The position numbers and the translations under genes are program-made. Positions 1 to 11,903 of a stretch of DNA of 56,010 bases are shown in pieces (the stretch's first letter is position 1; every line of letters begins with the position of its first letter). The notes under the pieces were generated by a model. It had not been told where the DNA came from, did no database searches, and saw nothing but the letters and a program-made list of their open reading frames with translations. This DNA comes from Phoronis australis (lineage: Eukaryota > Animalia > Phoronida), in assembly GCA_002633005.1 (NCBI GenBank), contig NMRA01000514.1:256008-312017 (forward strand), written 5' to 3'.

Positions 1-505
1 GTTACCCCTCATCGAACTTGCCTCAAGTAGCCCAAAATGCCATTTTGTGCTGATTTTGAAGCATTGTTTTATACATGGCTTAGAGCAGATTACCCGTCAG
101 GCCTTGTAGTTTTTCTTGGAGTTGGACTAACCTATAATAGGGGTGTCAGTCAGTGAATCCATTACTGTGATGAATGACTTTCTTTGCTAAATACAGTGTG
201 GTCACCCCTGCGCTTGTGATAAACTTATCTAGATCCTATTGTTCACATCAAGGCTGTAAATGCTGAAAAATCATGACTGAAGTGAGGATTTTTGCAGTTA
301 ATAAAATCTTCTGATTAATGCTATCGGTCATGTAGTATTAAAAATAAGATTTTACTACCAGTAACTGTTGACGTGTCTCGAAATAAAACAGTTTGTGAGG
401 TACGCTATTGTGAGAGGTTCAGTGGTGCAGATTTTCATAAGAACTAGCATCATTTTTATGTTTTCTCACTGATGCCCTGCATTGCATTCTTGCACTGTGT
501 TCCAG

Positions 506-597
506 ATCCAGCTTACTGGAGCCTGTAGGGAAGCCGTCGCTCACCGAGCTCCTGTGGTTGATACTTCAGTTCAACGCCATGGTTCACACTTTGTCTA
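506..597 (+). CDS. SMG7: SMG7 exon (SSLLEPVGKPSLTELLWLILQFNAMVHTLS)
   Basis: tccag| acceptor and |gtaagt donor; phase 1 joins the next exon. Confidence 0.75.
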
Positions 598-3500
598 GTA
601 AGTCCTCTGTTTTTGATACTAGGACTATGAAGTGTCATTTATACACCTAGTTGTAAGTACCTTATTGTATGTAGTACTATTGTCCTATTGTGTTCATTTG
701 TAAATACATTGTTGTATGTAGTACTGTTGTCCTATTGTGTTCATTAATTTGTAAATACATTATTGTATGTAGTACTATTGTCCTATTGTGTTCAGTTGTA
801 AGTACATTATTGCATGTAGTACTGTTGTCCTATTGTTTTCATTCATTTGTAAATACATTATTGTATGTAGTACTGTTGTCCTATTGTTTTCATTAATTTG
901 TAAATACATTATTGTATGTAGTACTATTGTCCTATTGTGTTCAGTTGTAAGTACATTATTGTACGTAGTACTGTTGTCCTATTGTGTTCACTTGTAAGTA
1001 CATTATTGTATGTAGTACTGTTGTCCTATTCTGCTCATTTGGGACCTTATCAATACGTCTGTGCATTTGGCCATATAGACAACTATGGATGTTACACTGT
1101 AGCTCTGTTTAAGTATAATTATGTTTTCTGAAAGTAACTGAAGAAGCTTTTACAGATTTCCCTTCTCAACTTCAATGTGTCATTAATTGAGTCACATGAC
1201 CCTTTTTATTAAAAATTTCTAAAAAGATAGCGAAGCAACAGTTTCAATATCATGACCAAATCCTAATTTGGTTTAAATCTTTTGAGATGAAATCTCCAAA
1301 ATGCTCTAACAGTTTTCAAAAATATCAGTTCTTTTTCATTTTACCCAAGTTTTTCACAGTAAACATGAAAGTGATGGACCTTCATGGAAAAGTACATCAT
1401 TTTAAAAGCATTATTCCTGATAGTGTAGAAGAGAAGAATTCTTAGAGCACACTATGCGAAAATTTCACATGAACAATTAAGCCATTTCTGAGATATGGCA
1501 CTCTGAAATTAATTCATTGGACATTTTTCTGGCATTCTACATAACCTTAAACAAGTCAAATGTTTGTTTGGATCAAATTTTTAAGCGTCATGAGTCCAAA
1601 ATAACATGCCCCATTCTCAAGTTGACTTGTTATTTTCTTTCAGACTTGTCGTTGGCTCGAAAGGTGGGTGAGCGGGTTGTAACCACCCTCCCAGCTTACA
1701 TCGCGGGTACCAGCGTTCACCTGAGCTCGTACAAACTTATCCAGGTGTTGACTATCTCTTTATTTAACATGTGGCACCTGAATTCTCAGCTGGAGCCAAA
1801 GAATCGCAAAGAGAAGACGAAGGAGTTGATTGGTCGGCTGGAGACATCTAAATCTATCGTCTTCTCCTTCATTGGTATGTAAACAGTTTGTGCAGTGCTT
1901 ATAGAGAACTCCCCAAACTAGGGAGAGGTTGTCTCATCAGTGCTGTCACTGCTTTCCATGAGCGTTCTTAGCACATCACTCTCTTTAAACCAGAGCAAAC
2001 TTAGCAAGGCAAGATTTCCTGTAGAGGTCGCTGCAAGCTATCTTTCTTGCTAATCTAGACTTAGTTGATCAACAGAATACAGTAAAGTTTCTTTAAATTG
2101 GGGCATATGGTGGAACAATAAAATTTTATTTTATCAAAAATTTCAATCAGAGTAAACAAGAGGACAATTTCACTTGATTATTTGAAAATTTTTCATAGTG
2201 CCACTGTCATCAATAAGCACAATATGAAATTTTGAACATTTTTGACAAAACATTAAAAAATGACAAATTTTGCCAACATTTTTGTTCGAATTTCAGGAAA
2301 CTGTATCGTAGTTGCAATAACATTACTTCTCTAACTGTATATACCCACATGCTGGCTTTAGTCTGAACCAGGTATCTTTGTTTTTGGAAGTGACCAGACG
2401 CAAGGTGTGATCGAAGTTTTATTGTAACATGTAAATAAGAATACCAGTTTCACTGTCAAATAACTGCTTTGTTCTTTTCGTTCACTAAAAATGAGGTTTT
2501 TAATTTCATAATGGCTCCAAAGCGAGATTTGTAATTGTGTCCAAGCAGATGTGGTTGAAATTTAAGAATACGTGACGTCACTCTCTCGTTTTTATTAATG
2601 GCGATAAAGATATAAGAAGGATCCTTCCACTTAAGTAATAGTGACCGTTATATCAGTGGGTCAAAAATGGCCAGTTTCTAAGCAAAACTAAATAAGAATT
2701 ATGTTGCGTCACAACCAGCCGCTAATACTTCCATTTTGGCCACAGTTTAATGATAGAAAACAAGACTTGTCTTATTTCATAACTCGATTTTTGTGCTTAC
2801 CAACATTCTACACTGTCATGCCATTGTGTGACATGGGATGTTCCAAGGTAATAGATGTATTAATTAAATATTGTTCAGAGGAGGCAGGGTGGCCTTGTGT
2901 GATAGGTACTGGCTTTCTTTACTCGAGGTCGTGAGTTCAAGTCTTGTTGGGCTACAATGCTAGACCCTTGAGTCAAGTTTTTAGCTCCTCTGCTGGGTTT
3001 TAACTACATATTATTACAGCACAAATTAAAATGGTTGCAGGTGATCAGTGCAATGGGCCCCCATGCACGGCCTGTGCACGTGTGTTACAACATGTACCAG
3101 ATGGCCTACAGTTATTTTTTATAAACAGTGTTCAATATTCTTGACTTAGTTCCTCTATTTGCCTCACAGTGTCTCTGATGGACAAGATCATTCACAGCAC
3201 ACCCAAACAGGAACAGCGGGCCAAGGACTACTTCACCCTTCCTTCTATCAAGCTCATACTGGAGTGGCTGCTTTCTGACCGACCCGCGCTCTCTGATCCT
3301 TTGCTCAGTGGCTCCCCCATGTGGCCAAATCTGTGTAAACTGTTGAACAACTTGCAGTTTCATTCGACGTCGAAGGAGAATCCATTTGACCCAAATAAAT
3401 GTAAGGAAAGGTTATTTCAATTTATTAAATCGTGTCATGTATGGTGATAGAGCTTTTGACGAGGACGAGGAAGAATGTTAATTTAAATGACACAAAATGA

Positions 3501-5456
3501 TGTTAGTATTGACAGACTTTTTACCCCCGGCGTATTGTAGCTGCAAACTGTTATGTTTAGTTTCATGTTGAAAACTGTGTTGCTGTCCTTACTTTGTAAG
3601 AATCTAGCCTGGATCAGCACCGCAGTCAATTCCAACCCCACGCCTTCACCTCCAGATCTCATTTTTTTATCATAGTTCTGCTGATTCTTTGAAGAATGTT
3701 TTTGGAATCGTATTTGTACTTTGCTCTCATCATAGACTGCAAAATGCATCATATTGCTACATCTTAATTTTCTCAAGATATCGATTGACACGTTTTGTTG
3801 CTGCTCTTTTCTTGGTCAGTTTTCACTGCTCTTTTGTTGACTGATGCCATTTTTCTCAGGCGCAGATTTGCTGAATGTTAGTGCGTGGTGTTGTTTGAAC
3901 TGCGTGAAAAATAAAAGATGAAGTGTCATGGTTGCTCTTAGAATGTGTTCTGATTTTCACGACAGATGCAAGCATCCCATTACCTGAAGATTATGACCTC
4001 CAAGGATTTCTACTGCTCTCTGAAAGCCAAAGGTATGCTGGTGTTGACAACTTGACATCTGTCAATCATCTGTCAATCTGTATTGATCTTGTTGCCACAG
4101 GTTTCCATATTTAAAGCCTGCCGTGTATGTTATTAAATGGATGACAAACCACACAAAATGTTTATTGTTTTAAATTGTTAAGTTTGTCTTCTGCCTCACG
4201 AAACGAATTAATGCAGTGTGCTATTATCTGGGAGATCTTAAAAATTTGGGCAACCTGTGTCTGGGAGGACTTCTCTGTTTGATTCAGTGTTCAGTTCACG
4301 TTAAAAAAGACGAATGGTAATTTCTTACATCCACTGACATTTTTGATGATGTATTTTTTGCACGAGTCATTCTTAATATCCTGCCACGAAACAGTGGCAT
4401 GAAGATCGCGTAGAATTTGAACAAAAAGCGTAAAGTCCCACTTCTTTGAGTCTCCAACTGTAGGTGGCGTTACTTGGTGTTACTTACACATTTGTCGACT
4501 AAGTTCCTTTTGGGTATCTAGCAATGTAGCTTATTTCAATATGGCGCTCTTTATGTAGAAAAATGGCTCATACATAGAACTGTAGTCTTGGAATGTCATA
4601 TGGCGATCGCCGTCTTTTCTTACAGTGACCTCAAGTTTGTTAGCCTTCAGCCAGGTGAAGAGCTGTCCGGGGACCAGGAGGTGAGATTACGGTGCCATCG
4701 CCTGGTACAGCTTGGCAAACACCTTTGTGAAGACTTCCCAAGGTAAGGTGGACAGGGGGCGCTGTGTTTTGCACAGTATGAGCCAAAATAGTTGGCCAAG
4801 ATTCCATTTCTTTTTTACTCGGACATGGATTGCTGATGCTCAGTCAGGGTAACAAGGAATTCCATTTGTTCTCAGTTGTCATGATGGGCAAATTTTGGGA
4901 CGTCTTAGGCATATTTTGTTTTTGGTATGTACTGCTTTGAGAATATAAACATTTTGAGTGCACACAATACTTCGTGTGTACTCAATATCTTTGTTTTGTG
5001 TATTCAATTTGTGCGAGACGACTGACCCTGTGGGTTAAACAAGGCATTCATGGTAGGCCAAGATCAATGTTCAGCGTTGCACATTGTCACGAAAATTCTG
5101 ACTGATGTTGGCCTTTAAACATTGATTATAAGACTGAGGTCGGTTTCATGAAAGTGACTTAAGGCAGAAATTTATTTTTTTATGCTCCCACTCAACAGTT
5201 GCTGAATAAATATTTAGCCAAGTAATTATGAGTGCGTCACAGTTTAGAAACAATTTGTAGGAGTTATTCATAAGCCATCAGTCCCTGTATACAGTGAAGC
5301 CATGGTTGCCGTGCGTCATCTTGTTCATAAGCCATCAGTCCCTGTTTATTCCTTGTATTTATCTCTTCAGCTTGAACCTGATCTCTTACCAGACCCTCAA
5401 GTCTAACAAAATCCAGTTTAGTGCCCCCACCGCTCAAGTCAGACTTCTACAAGTGG
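506..5456 (+). CDS. SMG7: Nonsense-mediated mRNA decay factor SMG7-like, partial (6 internal exons: 506-597, 1644-1874, 3170-3400, 3966-4032, 4626-4742, 5371-5456)
   Basis: All exons have AG/GT boundaries and matching phases (1,1,1,2,2), giving one open frame. It includes YFTLPSIKLILEWL, MWPNLCKLLNNL, IPLPEDYDLQGFLLL and RLRCHRLVQLGKHL. From memory these match, in order, the human SMG7 EST1 helical-domain motifs YPLPAVKVSMDWL, IWPWLISLLNSF, TPLPEEFELQGFLAL and RIRQQRLISIGKWI. No database search was run. Confidence 0.82.
650..1030. repeat. Intronic minisatellite, ~45-50 bp unit (GTAAATACATTATTGTATGTAGTACTGTTGTCCTATTGTGTTCA), about 8 copies
   Basis: Tandem units visible directly; accounts for spurious ORFs 690..896, 788..997 and 937..1131. 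Confidence 0.92.
1644..1874 (+). CDS. SMG7: SMG7 exon (LSLARKVGERVV...LETSKSIVFSFI)
   Basis: ttttctttcag| acceptor and |gtatgt donor; lies inside ORF 1517..1882. Confidence 0.8.
3170..3400 (+). CDS. SMG7: SMG7 exon (SLMDKIIHS...FTLPSIKLILEWL...PFDPNK)
   Basis: cctcacag| acceptor and |gtaagg donor; carries the LPxxKxxxEWL motif. Confidence 0.85.
3966..4032 (+). CDS. SMG7: SMG7 exon (ASIPLPEDYDLQGFLLLSESQ)
   Basis: gacag| acceptor and |gtatgc donor; LPEDxxLxGF motif of the SMG5/6/7 family. Confidence 0.87.
4626..4742 (+). CDS. SMG7: SMG7 exon (DLKFVSLQPGEELSGDQEVRLRCHRLVQLGKHLCEDFP)
   Basis: ttttcttacag| acceptor and |gtaagg donor; RxxRLxxLG motif. Confidence 0.85.
5371..5456 (+). CDS. SMG7: SMG7 exon (LNLISYQTLKSNKIQFSAPTAQVRLLQV)
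   Basis: tctcttcag| acceptor and |gtgagt donor; phase-compatible with the previous exon. Confidence 0.75.
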
Positions 5457-5519
5457 GTGAGTAGTACTGCGTTGTCTAACAGTAGCTGTAATTGCAGTAA
5501 ATATATCAGTAACAGCATT

Positions 5520-5728
5520 AGTAGAAGTAGTAGTGGACGTTGTTGAAGTAGTATTAGTGGTAAAAGTTAGTAGTAATAGAAGTAGTGATAGTAGTAGCAG
5601 TAGTAGTAGTATCAGTAGTAGCAGTAGTAGTAGCAATAGCAGTAGCAGTAGTAGCAGTAGTAGTAGTAGTAGCAGTAGTATCAGTAGTAGTAGCAGTAGT
5701 AGCAGTAGTAGTAGTAGCAGTAGTAGTA
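5520..5728. repeat. (AGT/AGC)n microsatellite
   Basis: Directly visible; runs into the gap. Confidence 0.95.
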
Positions 5729-6273
5729 NNNNNNNNNNNNNNNNNNNNNNNNNNNNNNNNNNNNNNNNNNNNNNNNNNNNNNNNNNNNNNNNNNNNNNNN
5801 NNNNNNNNNNNNNNNNNNNNNNNNNNNNNNNNNNNNNNNNNNNNNNNNNNNNNNNNNNNNNNNNNNNNNNNNNNNNNNNNNNNNNNNNNNNNNNNNNNNN
5901 NNNNNNNNNNNNNNNNNNNNNNNNNNNNNNNNNNNNNNNNNNNNNNNNNNNNNNNNNNNNNNNNNNNNNNNNNNNNNNNNNNNNNNNNNNNNNNNNNNNN
6001 NNNNNNNNNNNNNNNNNNNNNNNNNNNNNNNNNNNNNNNNNNNNNNNNNNNNNNNNNNNNNNNNNNNNNNNNNNNNNNNNNNNNNNNNNNNNNNNNNNNN
6101 NNNNNNNNNNNNNNNNNNNNNNNNNNNNNNNNNNNNNNNNNNNNNNNNNNNNNNNNNNNNNNNNNNNNNNNNNNNNNNNNNNNNNNNNNNNNNNNNNNNN
6201 NNNNNNNNNNNNNNNNNNNNNNNNNNNNNNNNNNNNNNNNNNNNNNNNNNNNNNNNNNNNNNNNNNNNNNNNN
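5729..6273. other. Assembly gap (545 N)
   Basis: Run of N. Confidence 0.99.
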
Positions 6274-6569
6274 CGAGCCTCATTTGCATATATAAGTGAC
6301 ATCTGTTGGTTCAAAAAAGAGGATCATGCCCGAGTACATGCCTGGGAAGAGGCATCTTTTTAAGGGTAAAACAAGTCATGTTCAAAGCATCCTAGTGCCA
6401 TTAATATGCAGTCTTTGGGGACCAAAGTGGTGTCATTTTATAGCTGAAGAGTTAAGCTTTCGAACACAATGCTTGGATTCCTGACGACTTTAACATTTAC
6501 TTTTGAAATCACTTTTGAATATCCGTTAATATGCGCTAAAACAGTTGTCCCTTCCTGGTTATCTCTTTC

Positions 6570-7900
6570 TGGTAATACTTTATAGCGCAGGGGTTGAAGA
6601 TACGTACACTACACGGGTTAACGTACACTACACTTCAATGATTTGTCAGGTAAATAAAAATTCCTTAGAATATACTGAGAGTTTGGTCATTTACCAAATA
6701 TATTCAGAGAGAACAAATAAAAAGTACAGCATACACGTGCATTTCTGTCTGCCATTCTTTGAAAACAGGCACATGTTAAAATATAGGGGTAGTTGCACTA
6801 CATAAAAGCTAACATTTTACTCAAAACAAATGTATTTGTAAGTAAAACGCTTTAACCTAGCATTTTAATTGAGGAACCTGTCTGTGACAAGTGTTGCTTA
6901 CTTACCGTGTAATGTTTAATTTGCTTCATGTTATTTGTTCACATCGGGGTACGTACACTACATGTCAATGACATGTCAGGTTTGTAACGAAATACTGAGA
7001 ATCTATTGAGAGATAGCTGATTTACTATGTCAATTCAAAGAGGAAAAATAAAAAGCACACATATCTGCCATACTTTGAAAATCAAAATAATGGGGTATGC
7101 ACGCTACGCAAATGCAAAAAAATCACTCAAAACAAATGTATTCGCAACAAACACCCATTCAACCTAACATTTGAAGGAAGGACACTGTCTTTGACCAATG
7201 CTGCTCACTTACCAAGTGATATTTTAATTTCATGACATTTGTAAACATTGGGGTACGTACACTACATCACTTTTTCTGCATCACATGGTAACACAATGCT
7301 GTGTGGCCATTTATTTAACTTTGGTGATAATAAGCACCATGTTGTTATTTAAAAGGCAATAATTTTATTTGCAATGACCATTTGTGTTACTGAATTCCAC
7401 ATGGGGGTACGTACACTACATTCTTTTAGCTTTTTGGCCCATTTTCAGCATAAGCAGAACCCAGTCGATATCAAAACCTTTGGTTTGTTCAGATATTGAA
7501 TAATTTGCTGTGTTGCCTAGGCTAAGATATTCTACAGTTCATTTTAGTACACAGTGTGTCTTTAACCTTCTTTTCAGTAGGTGAGGGTTAAAAAACAAAA
7601 TTCATAAATTGCGTAACGAGTACCTGTTTTATGATGAACCCTACCATTCCTCAATGATTAATCACTACTTCATCTAAGTGAATATGAAAGTGACTCAAAT
7701 TGTTCCAAGCCGTATCAAAGCAATTGCTGTCGACTGTTAAAAATTGTGATTTTTAAAATGGCCACTCGTAACGCAAAAATGCATGAATTTCATAGACCTA
7801 AACATGCATACATTTCTCAAATATTGTCCGATATTTTTATTTCCACAGCTATACAACTCTTTGCATGAGACTCGGTTGGCATTTGGTGAGTGTCCAACAA
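6570..7900 (+). mobile_element. Dispersed repeat (probable end of a DNA transposon), with ~340-bp internal sub-repeats and GGGTACGTACACTACA motifs; related in inverted orientation to ~39330-40310
   Basis: Shared reverse-complement blocks: TTTTAAAATGGCCACTCGTAA (~7752) vs TTACGAGTGGCCATTTTAAAA (~39500); CTGTTTTATGATGAACC...ACTTCATCTAAGTGA (~7625-7680) vs ~39607-39663. Confidence 0.6.
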
Positions 7901-10387
7901 TTTTATTTTTTGACGGTAACACAGTTTCGAATATGGGTATTGATAGTGATTTACCCGAATGCATACATGCAAGCCTAGTACATGTAGGTGGCTTAGCACT
8001 TCATCTAGACCGGGGTCGAGTGCCTGGCATCGAGTGCCCTAGAATGAAAGCAGTTAGCTTGTTATTGATAAAATTTGATAGGAACCGAGTCCTTTATCGT
8101 AACCCCACTTGTGTGCTTGGTCGAAGTGCGATTCCTTGAAATGTGTCGAACAAAGTGTGGTTCCCGACTGAATCGCATGTTCCAAAATGACATTCCACAC
8201 TCTCGTGCGGACGATAAACCGATGTCATTTCTGTGAAACTTTCACGTATTTTGGAAATATGAACATTGAGGGACGTTCTCATTCAAGTTGCAGTTACTAC
8301 AGCCTCCACTAACACACCTTTTAATATCTACAAACATAGTTCTCTGCCAACTTTCCTCCAAACTCAGTTTCACACTGGTGAAAACTACAATGACTGACTG
8401 TCTTCCAGCCACTACATACATTTACATGTACATGTACAACAACAATCATAGAAAAAATACGAAAATGTTTTGCTCGTTTCCTAGCAACAGCTATAATAAA
8501 GGCTACTAAAACCCTTCAGATGTATTAATAAAAATGTTTTGAGACACAGGGTCTTGGTTGAAGCTTATTATGGACAGTGAAATAATGAAATTTAATCTAT
8601 ATTGCCTGCAGAAGGTGGTGACCATGACACTCTGCACCAACCTATACTTTGAATTTTTTGTACCACAAAGATAATAAGACCTCGACACCAGAAAGAAAAG
8701 TAAGAGCGATATTTTTACTATTCATGTAAAGTTGTCTTACTACACATACTGATATGCAACCCAGTTTTAATTGATTAGCAACAGGGACATCAGCACTCTT
8801 TTAAAGAAAAATGTAGTCTACCAGTCTTAGACCCGATGTGAGGTGGTCTGTCACCATCGAAGGAAAATGAAATAGGTCAACTCCAATGAATTGAAGGTGA
8901 AAAGAGCCACGTTTCTGTTGCTAATTAGAGTCGTGGAAACTAAAGTAAAGTAGACATGTTGCTCAAAGTGTATAACCTAAGAGTGATTTGTTTCACTGAA
9001 TTCCAACCAAAAGGGATTTTTCGGATGCCGGTGTCTTTTTTAACGTTACATCATTTATTCATATCACTTCCGACGACGCGGCATCTCTACACCTCTGCAC
9101 AATTTCCAAGGGAAACACCGGTGCTTTTATTTAGTTAGCCCAAATCTCCAATATTCTTAATCGAGGTGCAATTTCTTGCTTGCTCCTGCACCTACCAAAC
9201 CTCAAGACATCAAGGTACTGTTTCATTATCTTTGGCAATACACACAGTTCCTCTTTCATAAAAAAGTTTGCTAATTGCACGTCACCCGTTTCCGTATATG
9301 TACATTCAAATGCTTAGACCTGTCCGTATGCACAGCAATACGTTCGTGAAAGACAAAATTGCTCAAACATTTTAGATGTTCATGTACTAGCAACTGCCGT
9401 CTATCGTAAAGTCGTTTGTGTTTCACGATTTTAAAATTAAAGTCTAAAATTTTCCAGCATTTCTGGACAGTACACAGATACATGTAGCTATTTTTCAATC
9501 CAGATGAAAGTCTGAATTACCGGATTTATTGAACTGATTTGAATGTTTCAAATAACAATCTTCGATTCTCCAATCAAGCGTACATGTATTTTCGATGCAT
9601 CAAAATAAGTTCCCTACCATTTTCCCTAGTTGTCGTTTTATTGCTCAGGCACGTTCGTGCAACTTCCAGGCTGCCGAACAACGCGTTCAAAGCACTTGTG
9701 GCTACTTCAGTTACAGCAAATTTAGTTTTTGGTTCTATAAATAAACCCTAAAAACACAAAATGGATAATTTTATGTCGAGTCCACGTAAATAAAGAAACG
9801 GTGGTATTTTTACTAATGTTAGCCCACCTACTTCACTTGTGTATAAGTGCCGGCGAAACGTGGTTATGCCCTGACAAGGACATATTGAAAACACATTTTT
9901 TCACACAAGTATAACACACACGGTGTGTATAGGGGTATTGAAACATTGCAGGGTTCATTTCTTCACCAAAGATGTCGAAGTGCTCAAACGAACGAAACCT
10001 TGTGAATGCAGTTGGTGGTCGACCTTAGTGCTCCAGATACTGTATAAAGGTTTGCGTTTAAAAGTCACATATTGAGTGATGCAAATTGTTTTCAACACCG
10101 TGTGCTAAAGTTGTGGTCTCAACATCTGTAATGTTAACAAGGGACTTTGTGAGAATTGTTGAAGCTAAATGTACACGTACAACTCAATGTGCGTTCGATA
10201 GTGAAAACACTGAGAATCGGGATGTGCACGTGCAGAGTGGCACTCTAAAGAACTCTCGTGACAATATTAAGAGACTTAGGCTGTAACTGTGTATTGACAC
10301 GAAATAACAGTCTCAAAGATATTTACTGCTCAATGAATGTGACGAAAACAGTGTTTGATAGTTTTGAATGGAGATTTCACCGTGCTC

Positions 10388-11416
10388 ACAACGAAAACAC
10401 AATTCACACAAGGCATTAAAAATATGATGCTAGTTTTCAACCACATTGCCGAAGAAACTGATTGAATTATAATACAACATGTAACCACTAAGACGGTTGT
10501 CATTATATCAGGTCATTCACTTGAGGTTATAAAGTGTAACACGAATAAATATTTTAATAGCAAACATTACTCAAAAGGCGATTGCTTGTTTCACATATTT
10601 ACAAAAGGAGTTTTACAACTTCCACCTTCTCCACAGAATACATTCATTGCAAATAAGATGGGAAGTCTTATGTTCAAGAGCTCAAAATCTCACAATTTGA
10701 AACCCCCAAACTGCACTTCTCACTGTATTGTTGAAGTTCCAGCAAACTCGTCAAAATCACTACAATTCATTTTCCGTTTAAACATATAATAAATGTTTAG
10801 AATTATGACTTTGTCTCATCCTTTTCGAAAATAAGAAATCTTTTGTTCATTCGTTTAGGTTTTTGTGTTTTGTATAGTGCACACGCTGTTTTTGACGCGC
10901 TGCGTCTTGAATAATGTCGTGGTACCCGAAATAACACTGTCGTGTGAGGGGTGAACCAAACCAATGAGCTATAGCTCATTGACCAAACTTATTGGGTGGG
11001 TCCGGACTATAGTGTTTACGTAATCTTTACTTTTGTGGTGAAGATTCACAGGACCAAGCATTGTGATTTAGTCTTGTCACATTTATCCCATTGTCAACCG
11101 TCGCATCAACATTATTGAGACGAAAATTTACAACACGTACTGTGTAGTACTTGATTATAATCAAACGATTTCAATTTCTAAAAAGACTATGAGATTCGAC
11201 ACTTTTACATGGGCAGCGCAGCACTGAAAATAAGTTGGGGCAAGAGGGCCCCAGACCCCGGTGGTGCACCGCAAATAGACAATGGGTGGCGCAACTTTGA
11301 AAAAGTGGGAGCTACAACACCTCAGCCACCCATGGTGCGGCGCCCGTGAGAGAAGTTGTGAATGGGAATAGCCATTGAAAAGGAATATATGAATATTTAG
11401 ATAACCAAACATTCCA
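10388..11416 (+). repeat. ~1-kb direct duplication, copy 1 (copy 2 at ~13250-14247)
   Basis: Near-identical sequence from CAACGAAAACACAATTCACACAAGGC to AAACATTCCA; divergence is higher in the last ~300 bp. Confidence 0.92.
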
Positions 11417-11577
11417 TGCCGCCTGTTGGTTTGATCGCAAAAACAAGGAACTCTTTCATGTACTCTGTCAGGGTACATGTATATCGGATAGGTATATGCG
11501 TACACTCTAGATTATACAGGTCCATATCGATAACTTGTGATCGATAGCTTTGGCTTGCAGATAAATCTCAAGTCAAG

Positions 11578-11709
11578 TCAGGATTTATCTGATACCGAGA
11601 TGATATACCGAATTGGACCGAGTTTGCTATTACCGCACCATATTGTGATAGGACGCAAATTTGTGCGTAAACACGATTGAGACGGAACAAGTTCAAACCA
11701 TGTCGACAC
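11578..11709 (-). CDS. Possible terminal exon of the ankyrin gene (VSTWFELVPSQS...SVSDKS*)
   Basis: ctacttctcaagcag| acceptor 95 bp after the last ankyrin exon, open phase-0 frame to TGA; no homology recognised. Confidence 0.25.
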   Translation of the reverse strand: MSTWFELVPSQSCLRTNLRPITIWCGNSKLGPIRYIISVSDKS

Positions 11710-11804
11710 CTGCTTGAGAAGTAGAGTGAGTTGCACTCCATCAGTAACACTGGAGAAAGACTGTGGTAACATACTTAAGAATTTGATTGGCACACTTATC
11801 TTAC

Positions 11805-11903
11805 CGTATTGGGAGCTGTGGCATCGGCACCCTTTTTTAGAAGGAGTTCAATAACATCTAGCTTGCCACGCTTAGACGCGAAGTGCAGGGGCGTGTCGCC
11901 TTT
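11805..11903 (-). CDS. Ankyrin exon KGDTPLHFASKRGKLDVIELLLKKGADATAPNT (unique sequence, missed by the ORF track)
   Basis: ttgttgtag| acceptor, |gtaaga donor, 99 bp, close match to the ankyrin consensus. Confidence 0.88.

Noticed and set aside
650-1131. Hydrophobic, Cys-rich repetitive ORFs, or a CRISPR-like array
   Set aside because: Translations of an intronic minisatellite within SMG7; no spacers
5439-6363. Long poly-S/L/V ORFs
   Set aside because: Artefacts of the (AGT)n tract plus the N gap
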